The notes under the pieces are model-generated. The model saw only the letters and a program-made list of their open reading frames with translations, did not search any database and had not been told where the DNA came from. The position numbers and the translations under genes were made by a program. Below are positions 1 through 8,748 of a stretch of 64,000 nt of DNA, piece after piece. Position 1 is the stretch's first letter. Every line of letters begins with the position of its first letter. Origin of the DNA: Piromyces finnis finn (taxonomy: Eukaryota > Fungi > Neocallimastigomycota); contig MCFH01000027.1 in assembly GCA_002104945.1 (NCBI GenBank), positions 613,626 through 677,625 on the forward strand, written 5' to 3'.

Positions 1-261
1 TTAAAAATAAATAATAAAAAATATAAATAATTAAAAAAAAAAAAATAAAGATCATATCATATTTTTCTTCTAATATTTTTAATTAAAAGAAAATTGTATT
101 TATAATTTATCATTATTATATTTTTATATTAAAGTAATATATAATTGAGATTTTGGTAATAATATTTTTAAATACAAAATGAATCAAAAATTTATTAAAT
201 AACAATTCTTTTGGTTTGAATTTCTTATTCAACAGTATGTCTTAAGATATCAATTCTTCCC

Positions 262-384
262 CCCTCTTGGGAACGTGCCTTCATTTATTTAATAAATGTA
301 GTTTCTCAAGGGGGTCTACTCATGCTCATGGTACTGAGAGAGTAGAAAGAATTAAATCCAAGCATTGCGCAATGGATGCTTGGT
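262..384 (+). promoter_or_regulatory. Structured 5' terminal monomer of the LINE (single copy here)
   Basis: GC-richer ~123-bp unit with three stems: CCCTCTTGGGAA/TTCTCAAGGGGG, TCTACTC/GAGTAGA and CCAAGCAT/ATGCTTGG. The unit is tandemly duplicated in copy 2. Its function is inferred. Confidence 0.55.
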
Positions 385-1026
385 TAGTCTTTAAGGGAAA
401 ATTATTAGGACTAAGCTCATGGTACTGAGCGATTAAAAAACATTTTATTCATCGAATTAAGTATTTGATGAATAAGTTGAATGTTTGATATTCAGGTAAG
501 TTTGTATAGTATTTAATTAGAAGAGTAATACATTTTGTTGCTGTATTTTTTCTTTTATTCATGTATTCATGTAGTACTACTCTTCTCTTGTAAGAATCCA
601 ATGTAGTCAACTTTAGCATTTGCATTGTATTTTTATATTCATGTAGCTATTGTTGTATTGTTTCTTGTAAGAGACTGATTCACTCTACATCATGTAAAAA
701 TACTATTCACAAGCTTTCTGGTGTCGACATTCTTGATTCAAATTTTTTACCAATTTAAATATTTAATGAAAAGTAAAGTCAAACAAGTTTAGTGTCAAAA
801 AGCGATTCGAATTTACTAACAACAAACCAAAACTAGAATTTTTAAAGAAAATTTACAACTAGAATTCAAAAAAAGAAACTTTAAACAAAGCATCGTAACA
901 ATTTTTGTACTATCCAGTACTTTTAAGAAGAGAGAGAGAGACAGATTTTTTTTCCATATACGTTATATTTATAATTTTTATTAGTATTTATTTTATATTC
1001 AATATTTTTAATTAGAATTTATTATC

Positions 1027-4000
1027 ATGTCAGTCCTTTATATTAAAGACAAGAATTATATCAGACGTGGTACCCGGTCTTATGGTATCCCCTTAGATGA
1101 TATTCGCTCCTTCTTTATCCGTGGTATTCGATCATGGTCAGTAAATATGCTATGGGAAAAACTCGAGGTTATTCTAGAAGATAAATTTAATTCAGTTATT
1201 AGTGTTAAATATTTTCAGACTTTCAATGATCACTTTTTCTTAGTCAAGGTTCATGGTTCATCGAAAGATTGTATTAAAATCTTACACATGTTAAAGAAGA
1301 AACTTTCAGTTACCTCAATTTCCTTTTCAGCTCGTAGTAGAAGGAATCACAAATACACTTTTTCCACTCTCAAACGTAAAATTTTAATTTCTAATAAACA
1401 TCAACATTCTATTCAACAATCATTTCAACAATCAGTTCAACAATCTCATCAACAATCCGATCTTCAACTAGATCTTCAACAAGATCTTCAACAAGTTTCC
1501 AATCATGAAAATATTCCAGATCTACAGCAAACACAATTTCAATCTCAACATTCAACAATTAATTCTAATAGCTCTATCAACTCTGATAACAGTTCAATAG
1601 TTGATAGTTCTTCAGTTTCACAGCCATCTAGTAATAGTTCTACTCATTCCTCTGATGCATCATCCATTAATAACGATGACTTTAATAATAATAATAATAG
1701 CAACGATTCTTCCTCATCCAACAAGCCTGATAACTTTTCTTTTTGTCTTAGTTGGAACACCAATGGGTGGAATCACGAAAAGAGAGATAGTATTAACTAT
1801 TTCACAGCTATTTTCAAACCATTATTTTTATGTTTCCAAGGAACTGGTAATGGTTCTGGTTCGAATACAGATTATCCTTGTCGTGTTACTTTGCGAAACT
1901 ATAGACACTTTTTCAAGAAAGCTGACGAATCAGTTCCAGGAATGAGAGGTTTATATTTAGGTTTTCACAATTCGTGTCAAGCCTCACTTGAAAACTTCTC
2001 TGGAAAGTATATTATTTCTATTTATACTTTTAGTCTCTGGAATAGATTCAAATGCTCGATTGGAAATGTTTATATGCCTCATAGTCATCACAACATCTAT
2101 GTTGATCATGCAAAGTTAGAAGTTCGCTTGTGGTTACAAACTCATTCATCCCATCCATCGATTCTTGTTGGTGATTTTAATATGTCTAAAGTAAAATTAT
2201 CCAACTGGTTATCAACTAATGGATTAGGAGATTGGGAAATTCTTCCGCTTAGAGGGTCGACTATCTCTTGGACTCGAGGTGATCAATCTTCCGACATTGA
2301 CCATGCTCTTATCAATTCGAAGATGAAAGATCTTATTCACTCAGGATCATTTATAAATAATTTTTATCCTGTATCAGACCATAAGCCACTTCTTATTAAT
2401 GGTAAAATTATTCCTATGGAAGATTTTTCTAATGACTTTAATGTTCCTAAGAAAATTCTGAAATGGAATAGATTAAAATGTATTGAGGAAAAGGAATCTA
2501 TTCTCAGTCATAATAAATTCCAAATACTTTCAGCAAAATTCAACGATCCTAATGTTTCTACAGATGAACTTTCCAAAGAGTTTACTTCAACTGCTTTTTC
2601 AATTGCAGACGAGCTCAGTATTACCTCAGCAAATAATGTTATAAAGTCTTCATTTCATATTTCACAACAAATTTTTAATCTTCAAAAAATCAAAATGAAG
2701 TTGTATAAGAGATTTAAAAAAGAAAGAATTTATGATATAGATGAATTTATTAAAAGAATTAAAATCTACCGTAAGCTCATTGATTACATCCACAAAAGAT
2801 GTAATGAATTTAGGAAACAAGAATATCTTCATTGGATTAAAACAGGATGTGAGTATATGAAGAGTCATAATCCTAAGAAGGCCTGGAAATGGATCAAGAA
2901 AACTGCAAAAATTGGAAAAGATTCTTTCTTTATTGCTCAACCAATTAAAAATAAAAATGGAGAATTAGTTGTTGCTACGGAAGAACAACTAGATGTGTGG
3001 CATGATCATTTCGAAAATCTTGCATCAGATCCAAGTGGTGTAAGTCTTGATTTGGAGCATTGGTATGAAGAACCAATGAATAAACGTTTTTCACTTCCTA
3101 TGCTTGATGAGTGGGATATCAACCAAGATATTAGTATTGATGAAGTCAAGTCAGCTATCCTCTCTACTCCAAATTATAAAGCATCAGGTCCGGATGGTAT
3201 TCCAATTGAATTTTACAAAGCATTAATTCCATCAAGTAATGATTCTAATAATGCTACAGGTAATAATTCTTCTGGTAATACTACTTCAGATAATGATGCT
3301 CATGGTTTAAATTTTATTCTTAAATTATTTAACCGTATTTGGGATGGAGATTTCCCCAACTCATGGAATGAATCCAGTATTGTTTCTATTCCTAAGAAGG
3401 GAGATTTGACAGATTGTGATAACTATCGAGGTATATCACTTATCAATAATGGTATTAAGTTGATCTCCAAAATTGTCACCACTAGAATCTCAGAATATGG
3501 TCTAAAGAATAATTTCATTAGACCTGAACAATTTGGTTTTCGAAAAAAGGAAGAAAGTATCAGTCTTTTCATTTCAATCCAAGAAATATGCCGTAGACGT
3601 CAATTAGATAATAAAGAGACATATTTGGCCTTTTTAGATCTCAGGAAAGCATACGATTCAGTCCCAATCGGTAATATTCTCCATAAATTAGATTGTTTAG
3701 GAATCCGAGGTAAGAGTTTACAATTTATTAAAAATTTATATTTAACATCTAAGGCTAATGTCAAATTAGATGGACAATTCTCGAAATCTTTTGATGTGAA
3801 GAAAGGAGTCCGTCAAGGTTGCCCACTTTCGCCTATTCTTTTTAATCTCTTTATTAATGATATATTTAAAGAGTGTGAAGATCTCGGAGTCAGTTTAGGT
3901 GACACTCGATGCTGTGGTGGACTTTTTGCAGATGATATAGTTATTTGTGCTCCAACAAGAGGATGCTTAAAAAAGATGCTTAGAAGAGTTAATGAATGGG

Positions 4001-5565
4001 CCTTGTATAATGAAATGGAATTTGGTATCCAGAAATGTTCAACGATGGTGATTCGTCCTGAATCAATAGAAAATCAGAACAAGAGAGATCCAACATTTTA
4101 CTTAGCAGGACAACCCATTCCAACTACTGACTGCTACACTTATCTTGGTGTTCCATTTGATAAGAATTTGTCCCTTAAACCAGTAATTAAAGTTCTTAAT
4201 AACAAGGTTTTGAAAGGACTTTTCTCAGTCAGTAAATTCTTAAGAAATCCTAATATTCCTATTCCTTTCAAAAAGCTAGTACTTAACTCTCAAGTGATTA
4301 GCAGAGTTTCATACTTTGCACCATTACTTGGATCCAACAAAGCTAGGTCTAGGATTGCTCAGAAGCATGTTAACAAAGGAATACGATGGATTGCCGGAGT
4401 TCATAAAGCTGTATCGTTTATATCTTTATACTCTATCTCAAAAGATTTGAATATTCCTCCATTGTCAGCCAAATGTGCGTTAGCTCAGGTTAGATGTTTT
4501 AACAAATGGAAAATCTCAAATTGTATTATCTCACACCTTGTCAATTACATTCCTAAATTTAGAAAATACACGTGGTGCAAATCAAGTAGGACACTTGAAA
4601 AAAAACTAAAGAAGCATGGAGATGTTAAAGCAGTTAAAAACTTTTATTGGAAAGATCTCAAAGGGAATTCAATCAAAGCGCAATATTATGATGATAATAA
4701 ATTTATTGAAACTAAAGATTTTATTAAATTATGTTATGAGTACCCAGAGTTTGCCTATGGCTTCTACTGGCTATTGAAAGCAAGAAGCGGATATAAGTTG
4801 GATGCTAGAGTTGCCAAAGCTGCTAAATTTGTTGATCCAGTTTGTCCTAACTACTGTCCATGTTGCAAGTGTGGAGATCAAAGTATTAAACATTGGTTAT
4901 TAGATTGTCCAACATTTAGAGATATCCGTATTAAACATTATGATTCCATAGTCCAGCTATTAAATTTTTTCAGTCAACGTAATTCCAATAGTCTTATCAA
5001 TAATAATGAAATTGATAATGTCAGTAGAGATAGCAATAACAGTAATAGTAATAGTAACAATAATAATAATAACAATAGTAATAATAACAATAGTAGTAAT
5101 AGTAATAATAGAAATAGTAATAATAACAATAGTAGTAATAGAAATAATAATATTAATAATGATAGCAATAGTGAAGATAATAATTCTAATTTAGATAGTA
5201 ATTTAGTTAATGATAGTAATAGTTCTAATAATCCGGTGAATATTAATGTGTATGATTATTCTAGTGTGTGCAGTAAAATATTTAAATTCCTTCTTGGGGG
5301 AAGAAGTTTTAACAATATTAATTACAATTCAAGGGAATGGAAAGAACTTTGTAAGCGTCAGATTCAATCTGGTACTAATGAAGGAGCACCATTCTTGACG
5401 GTAACCGCGGAACTTCTAACCAAAATCATGCCTTTTGCTATTGGCCAGCAATGGTCAATGTTCAAAAGGTTTGAAGCAACATCCAAGAGCGTCAATGCTG
5501 AAGAAACAGTAAGACAGGCCAGGAGGGCCAGCGCAACCAATGGAGATCATAATTTTGTTCCATGA
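1027..5565 (+). CDS. LINE polyprotein: RRM-like N-terminus, APE endonuclease, reverse transcriptase, C-terminal CCHC motif
   Basis: APE motifs SWNTNG, Q(G)TG, GDFN, DIDH and SDH. RT motifs KASGPDG, YRGISL, QFGFR, FLDLRKAYD, GVRQGCPLSP, FADD and YLG. C-terminal CKCGDQSIKHWLLDC. Confidence 0.97.
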   Translation: MSVLYIKDKNYIRRGTRSYGIPLDDIRSFFIRGIRSWSVNMLWEKLEVILEDKFNSVISVKYFQTFNDHFFLVKVHGSSKDCIKILHMLKKKLSVTSISFSARSRRNHKYTFSTLKRKILISNKHQHSIQQSFQQSVQQSHQQSDLQLDLQQDLQQVSNHENIPDLQQTQFQSQHSTINSNSSINSDNSSIVDSSSVSQPSSNSSTHSSDASSINNDDFNNNNNSNDSSSSNKPDNFSFCLSWNTNGWNHEKRDSINYFTAIFKPLFLCFQGTGNGSGSNTDYPCRVTLRNYRHFFKKADESVPGMRGLYLGFHNSCQASLENFSGKYIISIYTFSLWNRFKCSIGNVYMPHSHHNIYVDHAKLEVRLWLQTHSSHPSILVGDFNMSKVKLSNWLSTNGLGDWEILPLRGSTISWTRGDQSSDIDHALINSKMKDLIHSGSFINNFYPVSDHKPLLINGKIIPMEDFSNDFNVPKKILKWNRLKCIEEKESILSHNKFQILSAKFNDPNVSTDELSKEFTSTAFSIADELSITSANNVIKSSFHISQQIFNLQKIKMKLYKRFKKERIYDIDEFIKRIKIYRKLIDYIHKRCNEFRKQEYLHWIKTGCEYMKSHNPKKAWKWIKKTAKIGKDSFFIAQPIKNKNGELVVATEEQLDVWHDHFENLASDPSGVSLDLEHWYEEPMNKRFSLPMLDEWDINQDISIDEVKSAILSTPNYKASGPDGIPIEFYKALIPSSNDSNNATGNNSSGNTTSDNDAHGLNFILKLFNRIWDGDFPNSWNESSIVSIPKKGDLTDCDNYRGISLINNGIKLISKIVTTRISEYGLKNNFIRPEQFGFRKKEESISLFISIQEICRRRQLDNKETYLAFLDLRKAYDSVPIGNILHKLDCLGIRGKSLQFIKNLYLTSKANVKLDGQFSKSFDVKKGVRQGCPLSPILFNLFINDIFKECEDLGVSLGDTRCCGGLFADDIVICAPTRGCLKKMLRRVNEWALYNEMEFGIQKCSTMVIRPESIENQNKRDPTFYLAGQPIPTTDCYTYLGVPFDKNLSLKPVIKVLNNKVLKGLFSVSKFLRNPNIPIPFKKLVLNSQVISRVSYFAPLLGSNKARSRIAQKHVNKGIRWIAGVHKAVSFISLYSISKDLNIPPLSAKCALAQVRCFNKWKISNCIISHLVNYIPKFRKYTWCKSSRTLEKKLKKHGDVKAVKNFYWKDLKGNSIKAQYYDDNKFIETKDFIKLCYEYPEFAYGFYWLLKARSGYKLDARVAKAAKFVDPVCPNYCPCCKCGDQSIKHWLLDCPTFRDIRIKHYDSIVQLLNFFSQRNSNSLINNNEIDNVSRDSNNSNSNSNNNNNNNSNNNNSSNSNNRNSNNNNSSNRNNNINNDSNSEDNNSNLDSNLVNDSNSSNNPVNINVYDYSSVCSKIFKFLLGGRSFNNINYNSREWKELCKRQIQSGTNEGAPFLTVTAELLTKIMPFAIGQQWSMFKRFEATSKSVNAEETVRQARRASATNGDHNFVP

Positions 5566-5800
5566 CAAAATTTTGATCTTTGGCTCGGTGTCCCATTGGA
5601 AGTCAAATACAATTATTATACTTTAGTATGATAGTGGCTTTCTTACTTTAATTAAAATTACTAGAATACATTATACCCAATTTTTATTCATTTGTGTTTA
5701 TTTAAACATATTTTTTTTTATTTTTATTTATTTTTAATTTTTTATTACATGTATTATAATTTTAATTAAATAAATAATAAAGTTTAAAATATTTGATGCC

Positions 5801-5843
<43 letters not shown>

Positions 5844-6139
5844 ATTCTTCCCACTTATAAAATGGATCTAATATTGTTTTTATTATTTTAGAGATAATAG
5901 ATTATAATAGATGACTATTATTTTAATGATTATTTTTAAATAATTTTAATATTTAAATACAGTGTAATAAAATATTAAAAAATTAGATAAAAAAAAAGAA
6001 ATATATATATAAATATATTATGTACCTTAATATGAAAGATCACTACTGGCTTTTTTTATTATTATTCATGCAATAGCTATATTTGAGTATTTTTTTAAGA
6101 CAAGAGAATATACCTCTTGTATTTATTTATTTTATTAAA

Positions 6140-7652
6140 TTTAAATACTATTGGTGATAATACATATTAACAAGATTACTATTATTATTAATATTATTAT
6201 TAATATTATTATTAATGTTATTATAACTATTAATATTATTATTATTGCTATCTCTACTGATATTAACATTTTCATTATTATTGATAGGACTGTTGGAATT
6301 ACGTTGACTGAAAAAAATGTAATAGCTGGACTATGCAATTGTAATGTTTAATACGGATATCTCTAAATGTTGGACAATCTAATAACCAATGTTTAATACT
6401 TTGAACACCACACTTGCAACATGGACAGTAGTTAGGACAAACTGGATCAACAAATTTAGCAGCTTTGGCAACTCTAGCATCCAACTTGTATCCGCTTCTT
6501 GCTTTCAATAGCCAATAGAAGCCATAGGCAAACTCTGGGTACTCATAACATAATTTAATAAAATCTTTAGTTTCAATAAATTTATTATCATCATAATATT
6601 GCGCTTTGATTGAATTCCCTTTGAGATCTTTCCAATAAAAGTTTTAACTGCTTTAACATTTCCATGTTTCTTTAATTTTTTATCAAGTGTCCTACTTGAT
6701 TTGCACCACGTGTATTTTCTATTATTTAGGAATGTAATTGACAAGGTGTGAGATAATACAATTTGAGTTTTTCCATTTGTTAAAACATCTAACCTGAGCT
6801 AAAGCATATTTGGCTGACAATGGAGGAATATTCAAATCTATTGATATAGAGTATAGAGATATAAACGATACAGCTTTATGAACACCTGCAACCCATCGTT
6901 ATCCTCTGTTAGCATGCTTCTGAGCAATCCTAGACCTAGCTTTGTTGGATCCAAGTAATAAAAGTATGAAACTCTGCTAATCACTTGTAAGTACTAGCTT
7001 TTTGAAAGGAATAGGAATATTAGGATTTCTTAAGAATTTACTGACTGAAAAAAGTCCTTTCAAAACTTTGTTATTAAGAGTTTTAATAACTGGTTTAAGG
7101 GACAGATTCTTATCAAATGGAACACCAAGATAAGTGTAGCAGTCAGTAGTTGGAATGGGTTGTCCTGCTAAGTAAAATGTTGGATCCCTCTTGTTCTGGT
7201 TTTCTATTGATTCAGGACGAATCACCATCGTTGAACATTTCTGGATACCAAATTCCATTTCATTATACAAAGCCCATTCATTAACTCTTCTAAGCATTTT
7301 TTTTAAGCATCCTCTTGTTGGAGCACAAATAACTATATCATCAGCAAAAAGTTCACCATAGCATCGAGTGCCACCTAAACTAACTCCGAGATCTTCGCAC
7401 TCTTTAAATATATCATTAATAAAGAGATTGAAGAGAATAGGAGAAAGTGGGCAACCTTGACGGACTCCTTTCTTCACATCAAAAGATTTCAAGAATTATC
7501 CATCAAATTTGACATTAGCCTTAGATGTTAAATATAAATTCTTGATAAATTGTAAACCCTTACCTCTGATTCCTAAACAATCTATTGGCCATTAATGGCC
7601 AGTAACAAAAGGCATGATTTTAGTAAAAAGTTCCGCTGTTACCATCAAGAAT
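6140..7652 (-). mobile_element. Degraded antisense fragment of the same LINE family (RT to CCHC region)
   Basis: ORF pieces 6977-7492, 6505-6744 and 6299-6508 are near-identical to the LINE ORF but separated by small deletions and frameshifts. No poly(A) or TSD seen. The left boundary is approximate. Confidence 0.93.
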
Positions 7653-8367
7653 AGTATTACTCTTTCTCAATAGCCACGGTTTAAGCTATGATTTGTAACG
7701 CCAGATACAAGATTTTCATAATGTTGGGGCTGTGAAATAAAATTTCTATTATTTTAACATTATTGATACGCGTATATATTACTCTAAATCGACAAGACAC
7801 TCATCAATATTGACTAATAACACATAGAGATAAAAAATATTTTAATAATGTTTATTGTGACTACAAAAATAGAATTACTAAACAAATGTTTACTTTTTTT
7901 TGGCATTTACTGATTATTTTTTCTAATTCCTTATTAATTTATTTATTATAAATCACATCTCACTCCTTTCCACTTTTAACAATTTACACTACTTATTTTT
8001 TATAAACCTTTTTACACACACACACACTAAACTTTCAAATTTATATAAATATTATAAATTTTTAGGTATATGATATTTTTTATTTTATTTTTTTATTTTG
8101 ATTTGTTATTTATGTTTTTTTTGCTTTTTTTTTTTTTCAAACTTCAATATAATAATTTTTGTATAAATTATTTTTACATATTTCAAGAAATTTATTATTT
8201 CCCTTTAAATTATTATATATAATATTTTTTTTGCTTTTCATAAAATTATTGGATGTTCCCTTTTATACAAGAATTTTCCTCTTTTTTTTTTTAGTTTTTT
8301 AGATTTTTTATGATCCTTTTAAGCTTATTTTTCTTCTTGGATTTAAATGAGCTACATATTTATTAAC

Positions 8368-8748
8368 CTAGTAGTTGACACTAATGAGGTAATCAGCTAA
8401 AGATTCAACAATCTTAGTAGCTTCACCTGGTTGAGTTGGTTCAACGTAGGTACCAATAAGAACTGATTGGTTGGTCTTAACACAAGCACAACCATCGTTA
8501 CCAGCCTTAGCGTAAATACTTCTTTCATCAGCTCTTAAGGCAATGTATTTCTTACCGTTAATATGTAAACCGCTAGTACGGATACCAGATGGGTCCTTGA
8601 AAGCCTTGAATAAGGCTTGGAATTCAGTGGCGTTAACGCTGAAACCGGCAGAAGTAGCCCAGACGTTACCATCATGACCATGAATAGCAGCTTGAGCAAT
8701 TTTTCCAGTACCAAGAAGGTTTTGGTCGACGTAAGCTTGCCAAGACAT
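8368..8748 (-). CDS. PFY1: Profilin
   Basis: MSWQAYVD N-terminus, AAIHGHDGNVWA, SGLHINGKKY and C-terminal LADYLISVNY. 126 aa, intronless CDS. Confidence 0.97.
   Translation of the reverse strand: MSWQAYVDQNLLGTGKIAQAAIHGHDGNVWATSAGFSVNATEFQALFKAFKDPSGIRTSGLHINGKKYIALRADERSIYAKAGNDGCACVKTNQSVLIGTYVEPTQPGEATKIVESLADYLISVNY

Larger units (their letters stand above)
262..5840 (+). mobile_element. Full-length non-LTR retrotransposon (LINE), copy 1
   Basis: Starts CCCTCTTGGG, has a ~765-nt 5' UTR, one long ORF, AATAAA near 5777 and a poly(A) tail at 5804-5840. Flanked by the 13-bp duplication ATCAATTCTTCCC (249-261 and 5840-5852). About 99% identical to 27432-33142. Confidence 0.97.

Noticed and set aside
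262-384. Hammerhead or HDV-like ribozyme in the LINE 5' monomer
   Set aside because: CTGAGAG...GAAA does not fit the CUGANGA core with proper stems, and I could not build the nested double pseudoknot of HDV-like ribozymes. It is kept only as an unnamed structure.
1601-1945. Overlapping ORFs inside the LINE (1601-1945, 2662-2940, 4974-5194 and their copy-2 twins)
   Set aside because: Their apparent conservation is trivial because the copies are ~99% identical. They are shadows of Asn/Ser-rich or stop-poor frames.
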